The notes: a model not told the origin generated them from the sequence alone. Counted from the first letter of the stretch, positions 41,015 to 51,800 are shown. The stretch is 64,000 nt of DNA from Candidatus Sericytochromatia bacterium (GCA_036676985.1 JAKFBU010000073.1:1-64000), one strand, 5' to 3'. Numbers and translations: made by a program.

Positions 41015-41159
41015 GCTTTCTTCAGGCGGTCGACCTTTACACGTCCTTAAATCCAGGTTAATATATGTTCACCAATTATCCGACCTAGCCCTCGCCAGGT
41101 TCACACTCGCTTAACACGAGGCGCTCGGCAGGCCGGTCGGTGAAAGGGAGGTATACACC

Positions 41160-41828
41160 ATGGATTTAACGTCGGACTGTACGCCGCGATCGCTGTCCCT
41201 CGGGGGAATGCTCGCCGCGTGGGCGGCCCTGGTCATCACCACCGCCACCACCCTCATCGTTCCCTTCGCCTTCCAGCCCACGGAAGAGGCGGCCCGAGAG
41301 CCGCAGGCCATCGCCGGTCGCCTGGGCCGGGATCTCCGGGCCCAGCTGCCGCCCCCCGTCTCCGAAGGTCCCAGCTACCCCTACTACAAGCAGATCCAGA
41401 CCGTCGCCAAGAAGTACCAGGTCGCCCCGGAGCTCATCGCGAGCATCGTGCGCCTGGAGAGCAATTTCGATCGCTTCAGCGTGAGCCCGGTGGGGGCCGT
41501 CGGCCTCATGCAGCTGATGCCCAGCACCGCGCACGGCGTCGCCCGTTCCCTCGGCCTCGCTGGCTACGACCTCTACGACGCCGAGGACAACCTCGAGCTG
41601 GGCACGGCCTACCTGACCATGCTGCTGCGCGACTTCAACGGCCACGTGCCGACCGCGCTGAGCTTCTACAACGCCGGGCGGCGCGGCATCGTGAGCCGCG
41701 GCGTCTACCGCAACCGGCGCTACATCCGGATTGTCATGGACAACTACTGGGACTACGTCCGCCAGCAGGGCGACCACGCGCACGAGACCACCGTCCAAGC
41801 GGCGGCTCCGCGGCCCACGTTCAACTAG
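41160..41828 (+). CDS. lytic transglycosylase (SLT domain), membrane-anchored
   Basis: ES.F, S..GA.GLMQLMP.TA, N...G..YL and YNAG motifs; N-terminal TM. Confidence 0.9.
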   Translation: MDLTSDCTPRSLSLGGMLAAWAALVITTATTLIVPFAFQPTEEAAREPQAIAGRLGRDLRAQLPPPVSEGPSYPYYKQIQTVAKKYQVAPELIASIVRLESNFDRFSVSPVGAVGLMQLMPSTAHGVARSLGLAGYDLYDAEDNLELGTAYLTMLLRDFNGHVPTALSFYNAGRRGIVSRGVYRNRRYIRIVMDNYWDYVRQQGDHAHETTVQAAAPRPTFN

Positions 41829-41865
41829 CTTCGGCAACCGCCGTCGTCCCTGTCCCGACGACCAA

Positions 41866-41904
41866 CCCGTTCGTCTTGAGCCTGGTCGAAAGGCGAACGG
41901 TTCC
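41866..41904. repeat. REP-like element (family B)
   Basis: cccgttcgtcttgagcctggtcgaaaggcgaacggttcc. Confidence 0.55.
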
Positions 41905-41959
41905 TTATTCGTCCACTCTGGCCAATGCGGGCGCAGCAAGGCCGGTCCTATAATCGGGC

Positions 41960-42143
41960 TCCGCTCGAACGAGGGGCTGCTCGATACGGGAGGTTCCTGG
42001 GTTTCCAGGGGGCTTGCGGATCGATCGGCCTCCGTGACGGGGGACGGCGATCGAGTGTGCCGTCACGGGATGCCTGGTCCCGACCCGACACGTGGACTCA
42101 CCCCCCGGCGACCAGGAGCCGGAGAGTCGAGCGATTCGGCGGA
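41960..42143 (+). ncRNA. candidate ~185-nt rod-like ncRNA (6S-RNA-like)
   Basis: TATAAT at 41949-41954, nested long-range complementarity from 41960 to 42143, and a downstream hairpin at 42147-42168. Confidence 0.55.
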
Positions 42144-42168
42144 TTGCGAGGAGGCGAATGCCTCCTCG

Positions 42169-42495
42169 TTACTGCTTTTGGGGGGCGGGCTCCGCGAGCT
42201 TCAAGAGGTTGTGGACGTCCATGACCGCCGGCAGGTCGAAGGCGATCTCCGCGGCGCGCCGCTTGTGCTGCTTGTTGGGGACCTCGCCGAGCAGGGTCAC
42301 CACCGAGTTGAGCACCGTCACCTGGACCTGCTTGAAGTGGGTGGCATGCTGGGCCGCCAGGCGTTCGCGGACCTCCACGGCGATCTCCTCGTCCGTCAGG
42401 AAGTCCTCGCGCTCCGTGCGCAGGTCCGAGCCGTCCACGTAGCTGGACTCCGCTGTGAACGTCCCGCAGGTCGGGCAATAGCCATGCTTGATCAT
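42169..42495 (-). CDS. BON-domain protein with N-terminal CxxC
   Basis: TDEEI...V...L...VQVTV....VTL.GEV......A..IA.....V.DV.N.L BON pattern. Confidence 0.8.
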   Translation of the reverse strand: MIKHGYCPTCGTFTAESSYVDGSDLRTEREDFLTDEEIAVEVRERLAAQHATHFKQVQVTVLNSVVTLLGEVPNKQHKRRAAEIAFDLPAVMDVHNLLKLAEPAPQKQ

Positions 42496-42718
42496 GGGCT
42501 CCCCCTCTTTTGCATCCACGCTGGGCCGAGCCGATGTTAGCAAGCCGCGGGCCCGCCTCCAACAGAGAAGCGAACGCCCAGAACGCCGAAGCGCCCAGCC
42601 AATGGCCGGGCGCGGTTCGGGGGGCTGGGAACCCTTGCTTAGAGCATCTAACAAAACCAGGCATGTGTCGCCAGTGGCCGCCTATCGGCGGCTTGAAGGA
42701 ACAGATTTGTTAGGCGCT

Positions 42719-42880
42719 CTAGTGGTGGTTCACCTTGACGTTGGTCTCGCGGGGCAGGTCGAACTCGAGATGCAGGTACTCCATCATCCGACCGACCGCC
42801 TCTTCACGCGAGGCCACCTTGAAGCAGTTGTTGAGGACCGTCTCCGAATCGTACGACACCGACACCCAGTAGCTCTGCAT
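42719..42880 (-). CDS. 53-aa hypothetical protein
   Basis: RBS ggaggt and host-like codon usage. Confidence 0.6.
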   Translation of the reverse strand: MQSYWVSVSYDSETVLNNCFKVASREEAVGRMMEYLHLEFDLPRETNVKVNHH

Positions 42881-43060
42881 AACCCTTACCTCCCAAACCC
42901 TTGTTAACGAACCGTCAACCCTCACATAACTCTTATCGCCCCCTTGCGCCCCAACTGACTTATGGTTGGATTAAGCTTGATTCAACGTTCGCTAATGCCG
43001 CCCGAGCCTGGACATGCGGAGGCGGTTTCCCTTTTACTGGTCCGCAGAGAGGAGATCCTT

Positions 43061-43276
43061 ATGCTGACGGATGAGCAGATTCACCGCATCAACGAACTGG
43101 CCCGCAAGAGCAAGGAGCACGGCGGCCTCACGGAGGAAGAGAAGGCGGAGCAGCACACGCTGCGGGCCATGTACGTGGCGGCGGTCAAGCGCAGCCTGCA
43201 GGGCCACCTGGAGCACATCCGCCCCCTGGGCGACCAGGCGCCGGATCCGGACCAGCCCAAATTCCCCATGAAGTGA
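43061..43276 (+). CDS. DUF896 (UPF0291/YnzC-like) protein
   Basis: I.RINELARKSK..GLTEEEK.EQ..LR..Y pattern; RBS gaggag. Confidence 0.85.
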   Translation: MLTDEQIHRINELARKSKEHGGLTEEEKAEQHTLRAMYVAAVKRSLQGHLEHIRPLGDQAPDPDQPKFPMK

Positions 43277-43363
43277 AGTTATGTTAAGATACCGCATGCC
43301 GATGGGCCGCCTTGGGGGGCGGGGCCATCCTCGAAGTCGGTCAGTCCGGAAGAGAGGTGGGGC

Positions 43364-43732
43364 ATGCAGAACGTCGGGCACTTCAAGGACCTGCTCGAAT
43401 CGGAGCGCGAGCGCCTGAGGGCGCAGGTGGGCTGGGCCGCCAACGAGCTGGTGACCCAGGAGATGTCCATCCAGGACGCCATGCCGGCCTCCGGCGACGA
43501 CGAGATCGCGGACGCCGCCTCGGACACCTACACCCAGGCCCTCGACGCCACCCTGGTCCGCCGGGCCTTCAACCGGCTCAACCAGGTGGAGGCCGCCCTC
43601 GAGCGCATCCAGGTCGGCCAGTACGGCAACTGCGTGCACTGCGGCCGGACGGTCGCCGTGGGCCGTCTCGAGGCCCTTCCATGGGCTCCCTACTGCATGG
43701 ACTGCGCGCAGGAGCTCGAAGTCCTGGACTAG
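43364..43732 (+). CDS. TraR/DksA C4 zinc-finger protein
   Basis: Coiled coil with E..D.A tip; ALERI..G.YG.C..CG......RLEALP.A..C..C. Confidence 0.88.
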   Translation: MQNVGHFKDLLESERERLRAQVGWAANELVTQEMSIQDAMPASGDDEIADAASDTYTQALDATLVRRAFNRLNQVEAALERIQVGQYGNCVHCGRTVAVGRLEALPWAPYCMDCAQELEVLD

Positions 43733-43816
43733 CGAGCGCCGGATGGCGCTCGGGGCGCCTGTGATGATAAGATCAGGGTTTGGAAGATCTGCTCTCGTCA
43801 TCACGGAGGTTCCCCT

Positions 43817-44914
43817 TTGCTTCGCGCTGGTATCGTCGGGTTGCCCAACGTCGGTAAGTCGACCCTCTTCAACGCCCTGACCCGGGCCGGGGCCATGGCG
43901 GCCAACTACCCCTTCTGCACCATCGATCCCAACGTCGGCGTGGTCACCGTGCCCGACGACCGGCTCGGCGTGCTGCAGGGCATCGTCAAGACCAACACCG
44001 TGATCCCGACGGCCATCGAGTTCGTCGACATCGCGGGCCTGGTGCGCGGCGCGAGCCAGGGCGAGGGCCTCGGCAACCAGTTCCTCGCCCACATCCGCGA
44101 GGTGGACGCCATCGTGCATGTGGTCCGGTGCTTCGAGGACAGCAACATCACGCACGTCGAGGGCGGCGTGGACCCCATTCGCGACATCGAGGTGATCAAC
44201 CTCGAGCTCGCGCTCGCGGACATGGGCACCGTCGAGAAGATCCTGGAGCGCAACCGCAAGCCCGCCAAGACCGGCAACAAGGAAGCCATGGCCCTGGTGG
44301 ACGCGCTGGAGCCCATCCTCGCGGCCCTCAACGAGGGCAAGTGGGCCCGCACCGTCGAGCTCTCCGATGAGCAGCAGCAGGTCATGCGGACCGTGCCGCT
44401 CTTGACCATGAAGCCCGTCATCTTCGCGGCCAACGTGGCCGAGGGCGACCTGGCGACGGCCGACGACCATCCGCTGGTGCAGCGGGTGCGCGAGTTCGCC
44501 AAGGGCGAGAAGGCCGAGGTCGTGACCATCTCGGCGCAGATCGAGGCGGAGCTCTCGACGCTGGACGAGGCCGAGGCCCAGGAATACCTGGAGGGCCTGG
44601 GCGTCACGGAGTCGGGTCTCGGCAAGCTCATCAACGCCACCTACCGGATCCTGAGCCTCATCACCTACTTCACCGCGGGCGTCAAGGAAGTGCGCGCCTG
44701 GACCATCCGGCGCGGCACGCTCGCTCCCGGCGCGGCGGGCGTCATCCACTCGGACTTCGAGCGGGGCTTCATCCGCGCCGAGGTCACGGCCTACCAGGAC
44801 CTCGTCACGGCGGGCTCCGAGGGCGCGGCCAAGGAGAAGGGCCTCCTGCGCCTCGAGGGCAAGACCTACGAGGTGAAGGACGGCGACGTCATGCACTTCC
44901 GATTCAACGTGTAA
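43817..44914 (+). CDS. ychF: redox-regulated ATPase YchF
   Basis: GLPNVGKSTLFN, NYPFCTI, DIAGLV.GAS.GEGLGN.FL and TGS C-terminus. Confidence 0.97.
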   Translation: MLRAGIVGLPNVGKSTLFNALTRAGAMAANYPFCTIDPNVGVVTVPDDRLGVLQGIVKTNTVIPTAIEFVDIAGLVRGASQGEGLGNQFLAHIREVDAIVHVVRCFEDSNITHVEGGVDPIRDIEVINLELALADMGTVEKILERNRKPAKTGNKEAMALVDALEPILAALNEGKWARTVELSDEQQQVMRTVPLLTMKPVIFAANVAEGDLATADDHPLVQRVREFAKGEKAEVVTISAQIEAELSTLDEAEAQEYLEGLGVTESGLGKLINATYRILSLITYFTAGVKEVRAWTIRRGTLAPGAAGVIHSDFERGFIRAEVTAYQDLVTAGSEGAAKEKGLLRLEGKTYEVKDGDVMHFRFNV

Positions 44915-44948
44915 CGAGCACGCTTCGACCGATTCAATAGAGGAACGT

Positions 44949-45704
44949 ATGGGACGCAAGTGGGAGAACATCAAGCGCGGTAAGAGCAAGCTGGACTCGG
45001 CCCGCAGCACCGTATTTGCCCGGATCTCGCGCGAGATCATCGTCGCGGCGCGCCATGGCGGGGGGGACCCGGCCGGCAACTTCCGCCTGCGTCAGGCGAT
45101 CGATCGGGCCAAGGAGTCCGGCTTGCCGAACGAGAACATCGCGCGGGCCATCCGGAAGGGCACCGGCGAGGACGCCTCGGAAGTCCTCTATGAGATCACG
45201 TACGAGGGCTACGGCCCAGGCGGCGTGGCCGTGATCGTGGAGGCCATGACCGAGAACCGCAACCGCACGGCCGCCGACGTGCGCGCCGCGTTCAGCAAGG
45301 CGGGCGGGAACATGGGCGAGATTGGCTGCGTGGGCTGGATGTTCCGCCGCGTGGGCGTCGTGGTGGTCCCGAACGAGGACGGTGCGCGTTCCGAGGAGGA
45401 CCTTCTGCTCCTGGCCGCCGATGCCGGCGCCGAGGACCTGCGGACGGAGGACGGCGAGATCATCATCGAATGCCCCCCCGAGGCCCTCGAAGCGGTCACG
45501 GACGCGCTCCGCGTCGCCAAGGTCACCATCACCAGCGCCGACGTCTCCCTGGTCCCCGACAACACCGTCTTGGTCGAGGACCGCGACGTCGCCAAGAAGA
45601 TCGTCAAGCTCATGAACGCCCTGGACGACCTGGGTGACGTTCAGAACGTGACGGCGAACTTCGACCTGCCGGAAGCGTTGATGGCGGAGTTGGCGCACGC
45701 CTAG
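44949..45704 (+). CDS. yebC: YebC/PmpR family protein
   Basis: KW.NIK, GGDP..N..LR, YEGYGPGGVA and DVQNV..N motifs. Confidence 0.95.
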   Translation: MGRKWENIKRGKSKLDSARSTVFARISREIIVAARHGGGDPAGNFRLRQAIDRAKESGLPNENIARAIRKGTGEDASEVLYEITYEGYGPGGVAVIVEAMTENRNRTAADVRAAFSKAGGNMGEIGCVGWMFRRVGVVVVPNEDGARSEEDLLLLAADAGAEDLRTEDGEIIIECPPEALEAVTDALRVAKVTITSADVSLVPDNTVLVEDRDVAKKIVKLMNALDDLGDVQNVTANFDLPEALMAELAHA

Positions 45705-45751
45705 CACCTCGGCGCACCTGGATCGCGGTCCATCGCGTCCCAGCACACGAC

Positions 45752-45783
45752 CAAGAAGCCACACCGCCCGGTGTGGCTTCTTG
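45752..45783. terminator. hairpin terminator
   Basis: caagaagccacac-cgcccg-gtgtggcttcttg. Confidence 0.75.
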
Positions 45784-45838
45784 ATGTTTCCGTCGGATCA
45801 GCGGGGCCGGTTTTCCAGAACGGGGGCGACGGCCGGGC

Positions 45839-47608
45839 TCACGGTTTCGGGGGGGATAAAAACTCGATGGCCCGCCGGCCCTCAGGCTTGACCCGGCAGT
45901 TGATGCCGCCCGCCAACTCTAGCGTCTGGTCGGTGAGATTGCGGGCCATGAAATAAATCCGATCATAAGCCACCGAGGTCTCGCGCAGCACGCGCTCGAA
46001 AAAGTAATCCTCGGCGCGCTGGTCACCGCCCAGCGTGATGAAGTACTTCTTGCCGGCGTCGTCGACGGCCTGCTCGCCGTTGAAAAAGTTCATCATGCCG
46101 GTGTAGTTCTTGGCGTTTTCAGGCGTATTCATCCATGCGGTCGCCGGATCGTACTGCCAATGCCGCTCAAACACGCCTGGGATGCGATGCACCTTGAAGC
46201 CCTGGTGCTCCAGATCGGCGACGGTCAGAGCTTCGACCTTGCTCGCATCGGCGGCGTTCTTCTTAAGCCGAGCAATGGCATCGTCGAGCTCCCCGCTCTT
46301 GCTCATCCACTTGGAGAAGTCACGCTGATAAGCCTCGCGCTCGGCTTTCGTCGCGCCGCGCGGCGGGGCCTTGGGCTGGGCACGCGTGTAGTCGTCGATC
46401 CACCACTGGGCTTGTTTCTCGGCGGCTGCCATCGAATCGTTGAGGACGATTTCCTTGGGGCCGACCGCGAGCATGCGCATGTCGAGATGGAACTCGGCGG
46501 GCTGCTCGATCGCGAAGAGGTTTTCGGGCTTGATGCCGTAGTCCTTGGCCATGATGGCGAGCGTGTCCGCGTCGGTCAGGTGGGGCGCCTTCAAGGCCTC
46601 GCGGAGGTGTTCCCGGCTGATCCGCAACGAGTCCTTACCGACGATCGCGTAGGGCGTGCCGTCCGCGAGCGTGCCGGGGATGAAGTTGCCGTCCTCGACA
46701 TAGGTCGATGCTTGAAACACCTTGCGGTCTCCGGCCGTTCCCAGCGCGATGCCGGCGTCGGAAGCGCCGTGCAGGGAGACAGCTCCTTGCTGACCGATCA
46801 CGCCTTTCGGAATGCCGAGTTCGGCGTGAGCGGTGGCAGGCGCCCGAAAGGGCGCATCGGAGAGGATCTTGGGCGGCACGATCACGTCGCCGCTCTCCGT
46901 GTAGGTCATGAAGTCTTCAATCCAGACGCTCGAGCCGCCAGGATGCTCGACCGCCTTCACGCGGCCCTGCAGGGCACCCAGGTCCTGCATCTCTCTGGGG
47001 CTTCCGACCGCGACCACGTTGAAGCCTTCCTTGCCTCCAATGGTCCGCATCTGTTCGATGTAGGCCGGGCTGGGGCGATCGCCGAGGTGCATGTAATAGG
47101 TCGTCGGACGAAGGGTGCCGTCTTCCGGAAGTGCCGCTGAAGCCGGGTGGCTCTCGGGGGTTAGGCGCGCCTTGGCGTCCTGCAACCCCGCGATCGAGAC
47201 CTGGCTTTTGAGGTTGGGCTCGGGCGCCATCGCGCTCGCTTGCCCCTGTCCGACGCCAAAACTCCGCAGGATGCGACCATTCGGCCCCTGGCCCTGGATC
47301 TTGACGACCGTCGCTTCTGAAACCTGCTCGGCCGTCTTTTGCATGACATGGTGACGGCGCTCTGTCGTGAGCTGCTCAAGCGCGGAGGTGAGCACCTTCT
47401 CGTCGGGCAGGCCAGTCGGCACGACCCCGCGTGCAGCGGCCTGTTTGACGGCTTCAGGCGACAGGGCGAGGTGTTCGCGGCGAATCACCTTTTGCAGCGC
47501 CTCCGAACCTTCTTGTAAGGCCCGGTTCTCAGCGGAAAAGCCGAGTTTCTTCGCCACCGACTTGAACAGGCGGCTGTTGGAGGAGATGAGGTTTCGAGAA
47601 ATCGACAT
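45839..47608 (-). CDS. pentein-superfamily (protein-arginine/agmatine deiminase-like) protein with long low-complexity N-terminus
   Basis: WIED, DGN, FHLDM and C-terminal GGINC appear in the order of the pentein catalytic motifs. Confidence 0.6.
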   Translation of the reverse strand: MSISRNLISSNSRLFKSVAKKLGFSAENRALQEGSEALQKVIRREHLALSPEAVKQAAARGVVPTGLPDEKVLTSALEQLTTERRHHVMQKTAEQVSEATVVKIQGQGPNGRILRSFGVGQGQASAMAPEPNLKSQVSIAGLQDAKARLTPESHPASAALPEDGTLRPTTYYMHLGDRPSPAYIEQMRTIGGKEGFNVVAVGSPREMQDLGALQGRVKAVEHPGGSSVWIEDFMTYTESGDVIVPPKILSDAPFRAPATAHAELGIPKGVIGQQGAVSLHGASDAGIALGTAGDRKVFQASTYVEDGNFIPGTLADGTPYAIVGKDSLRISREHLREALKAPHLTDADTLAIMAKDYGIKPENLFAIEQPAEFHLDMRMLAVGPKEIVLNDSMAAAEKQAQWWIDDYTRAQPKAPPRGATKAEREAYQRDFSKWMSKSGELDDAIARLKKNAADASKVEALTVADLEHQGFKVHRIPGVFERHWQYDPATAWMNTPENAKNYTGMMNFFNGEQAVDDAGKKYFITLGGDQRAEDYFFERVLRETSVAYDRIYFMARNLTDQTLELAGGINCRVKPEGRRAIEFLSPPKP

Positions 47609-47995
47609 GGGCTGTTCACCTCGCTCCGGCAAGTCCTACCCGAATCCAAAACGCTTCCTTGCTGTTCTATACCCGAGCGATTCCTCGCCTATCCCAGCTA
47701 GACGGGCGCAGCCTTCGGCACTCCTGACGCCTCGCGCGGCGGACCGGCGCCTCTAGAATCAGTCGAGCGACCAGCTCGTACGCTGCCTCGGGGGGAGGGC
47801 GGTCGCAGGCCCTCAAGGCCACATCAGGCCCTTGGCCATCGGTCCTCCCGGGAGGTATACTTCGCCCGGACAATCGAGCATTCGAAAACAAGCATGTTCC
47901 CGATCACGGCGCCCGGCGGCGTCCCGCTACGTCGATCGACCTCAGATACGAGGCGTCGTAGCGTCGGGCATGCTGAGACGTGAGGAAAGGTAGCC

Positions 47996-48460
47996 ATGGC
48001 CAGGGTCGTTGATTTTGTGAACGTGTCGACAGAGGGTCTGGAGAGTTCCCCCGTGGCAACTGCGCTCGCAGGCCTGCGCGCCAATGAAGCCCGGTATTTC
48101 AAGAACAAATACAACCACGAGTTCCGGGTAACAGCAGCCAGCGAGAGCCAGGCCACGCTGGATTATGTCACCCGGATTCTCAAGAACGAACGCGACCTCG
48201 AAATCGCCGCCAAGCCGCTGGAGACGGCCTCGTTTCAGGTCGAAAACATCAAATGGACCTTCGTCTTCTATGAAAATGGGCTTGAAATCAACGTTCTGTA
48301 TACGCTGGATGACCCCAAGAAGCGAGCCGTTGGCATCAAGCTTTCTGACGGGATGGACGTGCCGGGCGAACTCGACGGGAAATTCAAGTTTGCCAGGCAG
48401 AAGTCCAAACTGGCCGGCACCATTCGTGGGTCCTTCTTTGTCATCAAGCGCGAGTACTAG
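47996..48460 (+). CDS. hypothetical protein
   Basis: 154-aa ORF with RBS (aggaaagg), Lys/Phe-rich, lower GC than the core genes. Confidence 0.7.
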   Translation: MARVVDFVNVSTEGLESSPVATALAGLRANEARYFKNKYNHEFRVTAASESQATLDYVTRILKNERDLEIAAKPLETASFQVENIKWTFVFYENGLEINVLYTLDDPKKRAVGIKLSDGMDVPGELDGKFKFARQKSKLAGTIRGSFFVIKREY

Positions 48461-48851
48461 AGCGATTTTCCCCGGGAGCGCCGGTGCTCCCAGGGAAAAA
48501 CTCACTTGAAATCGGCTTTAGGCAACGTCATACGCCTAAAATGAGGCAATTCCGGCCTTTGGGGATGACCTTCGGGTCATCCCCCTCCTGCATGGGAGTA
48601 CAGGAGCACGCAACACCGGATCAGGTCTTCAGTCGGAGCAACGCGTCCCTGAGGTATGACCGGGAATCTGGGCATGATGGCCGCGCCTCGATGGTGACGC
48701 CCCCCTCCCTCATGCCCCGGTCACCAACCGCGAAACACGACCGGAACGACGCCGACCGGGTGCATCCCGGAGATGCCAGGGGGAGTTCGTTGCTCCTGTC
48801 GATGGCTCCTTCAACCGTCTGCCTGACGGAGGCGTGCGACTCCCGCGCCGA

Positions 48852-51800
48852 TCACAGGGAATCAAGCAGGTGGTTCAGACGCTGCTTGACGGTCGCCTGC
48901 TTGGCCAGGGCGAAGTAGCGCTCGGCCTCCTTCGAACGTCCCGCCAACCGGTAGTAGTTGCCCAACTGCACGGCGGGCGGCGCGTAAAAGGGCGCGATCT
49001 TGGTCGCCTGAAGCCACTCGACCTCGGCCTGCCTGGATTTCTTCAGGCTTGCGAGCACCAGGCCGATGTGGTCACGGGCAATGGCGTTGGCCCGGTAGGC
49101 GAGCTTCGAGGTCTTGAAGTGCTCCGTCGCCTTTCTGGCGTCCCGGGCCTGCAGGTCCAGCTTGCCCAGCTCCAACTCCACCTGTGCGAGCAGCGTATTC
49201 GCCCGGAGGGCCCCGCGATAGCTCTCCAGGCTCCCGCGCAGGTCGCCCTGGGCCTTGAGGGCATCGGCCAGCGCCATGCGCGAGTCGACGAGCTCGTAGA
49301 AGCCGTCACTCGCCTGCTCGTAGTGGTCCCTGGCCCCAGCGGCATCCTCCTTGGCCTGGAGCAGGCCCAGGTTGAAGTGGCTGTTGGGATTTCCGGGATC
49401 GACCTTCAGGGCCCCCTCGAAGGCCTTCCGGGCATCCGCCGGTCGGCCCTTCTGGAGCAGGGCGAGGCCGAGGCGGTTGTGCATGGCCGGATCGCGTGGC
49501 GCGGCCTGCACGCCGCTGGAGAAGGCCGCAATCGCGCCCGCCACGTTGCCCCGTTGCAGGCGGGTGGCGCCGAGATCCGCCCAGACCTGCGGACGGTCAG
49601 GGGAAAGGCGGGCCGCCTGCCCCAGAGAGTGCTCCGCCTGGGGCAACTTGCCCATGCGGCGCTGGACCTGGCCAAGCTGACCCAAGACGTCGGCGTTGCC
49701 GGGCACCTTGGTCAGAGCGGTCTGCAGGGCCTTCTCGGCGCCGGGCAGGTTGCCCTGGTTCGCGAGGGCGATACCCGCCTGGGTCCCCGCGGGTAGCTTG
49801 GCCTGAGGTGCCTTGACGGCCGCCACGGGCTCGTCCAAGTCTAGATCCCCCACCCCCTCGGACCCGACGAGGCTGCCACGAGTCGACGGCGAGTTGCCGG
49901 CCGAACCGGTCGAAACGCCTGCCTTCCGCTCGACAGCCGCCTGGAGGGACGGGTCCAGCTTGATGGGCCCGGATCCCGATGCCCCCAGGAAGCCCTCGCC
50001 CAGAGGATTGGGGTCTCCCTTCTCGAGGCGCTCCATGACCTGATCGACGTCCACGTTGACCACGTTGGCCGCCGTGAGCGACGAGAACGCCGGCCGACGT
50101 TCCACTGGCACGGCGCCCGGCGATGCGGCTTGCCCCCGCATCGGAGCGGCGCTCGCCGCAACCTGCGGCGACGGGGCGGGAGGCTTGATGCCACGCACGA
50201 TGACGAGGCCACCGGCGAGGAGCACCGCACCCGCGAGGGCGGCTAGCAGGATCGGTCTCGGTAACCGGGGTGAGCCGGACTCCGCGTCTTGCTCGTCGCG
50301 CTTGAAGCGGCGCGTTTGGCGCGATTTGCGCCGCTCGGACCCGCCAGCCTCGTCCGCCAAGGGAATTCGCTCACGCTTCCGGGTCTTCTTCGGGGGAAGA
50401 TCGATGTCGGAGAGCTGGGCCTTCTTGAGTGCAGCTGGCAGTCGCCGCTCCGCAAGGGCATCGAGGCGGCGCTCCTGCTCTGCGATCGCCGTGACGAGTT
50501 GCTCGGGCGTGATGGCCGCCATGCCCACCAAGATCTCCCCGATGGGACGGGGATCCATGATCTGCGCCACCAGGCCCCGTGCCAGGTGCTTGGGTTCGCA
50601 TGCCTGCAACTCCACCAGGACGGTGCCGAGCCTCACCTCGCCCTCCGCGCGCAGGGACCGCTTCAGCTGCTGTCGCGTCAGAGCCTCGACGAGGACCTCG
50701 TCTGTCACCATGCCGCGCTCCTGCATGATCTTGCCCGTCAGCTTGCTGCGCTTCGCACGCTCCTGAAGCGCCTGCGTGAGCTCCGTCCGGCTGATGGCCC
50801 CCATGGCGAAGAGCACCTCACCCAGGCGATCGGTTTCCGGCCCCTCTTGGGGTAAACGCTCGAGGGCTCTGAGGGCCTGTCGCATGGCCGCCGGTGAGAC
50901 CTGGGCTCGCAGGATGTCCTCCAGCGGGCGCGGACGCTTGATCTGCATGATGAGGGCCTGCTTCAGGACCAGCTCCGAGATCGCTCCGGCCTCCAAGAGT
51001 AATCTGCCGATGTGATTTCGCTGGTGATGCGCGGGCGCGAACACATGGGGGGTGCCCAGTGCGCTCTCCAGGAGTACCTGTAGCGTGCAGGCGCCACTCT
51101 CCAGGAGGATCGTCCCGAGCCGGCCGGCCCCGCCCTCCTGTTCCGCGCGGTCGAGGAGCTCCGGCGGCAGGTCGCTGTACTCCGCCAGCACCGACTTCAG
51201 GCCACCCTCGGGGCGATGCGAGGGGTCGGGAACCACTGCCTTGACCTTCTCGAGTAGCTCCTCCCAGGTGAGGAGCTTACCGACCGAGCCTATCTGTCCA
51301 AGACGAACGACGGCGCGGTCGTCCACCTTGGGCATGAAACGGTCGAGGTCCTCACGCTGCAAGTAAGGTTGTCCCTGATCGACCCGGAACACCTGTCGGG
51401 GATCGATGGGGGTCATCTGGTCGCTGAGGTGCTTGATCCACACCGCGTTGTCGACGATGGCGTAAAGGTCCCCGTGCATCTTGAGTTCCAGCGAGCGACC
51501 GAGCTCACGGGTGGCGGTCTTCAAGTGGGCGAGATAGAGGCAGTCGTCGCCCTTCAGGCGCCGGATCCCCCAGCCGCAAGCACACCAGGGCGCCTGTGCT
51601 CGCTCCGGCGGCACGGGGTTCCCGCACTCGGGACAAAAGAGTTCGCTGCCCCGCTCTGCCTCCGGGGGCGCCGCCGGCAAGACGATGGTTTCGAGCGCTC
51701 TGGTCGCCAGCTGGACGATGTTCGCATCCTCGCCGGCCTTGAGCTCCAGGAGGATCGCGTGGGCCTCGACCATGCGGCCGACGGCCTGGTAGGACTGAGC

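Noticed and set aside
48484-48918. 144-aa ORF in the gap before the MshEN/TPR gene
   Set aside because: Atypical composition, no RBS and overlap with a real gene; treated as non-coding.
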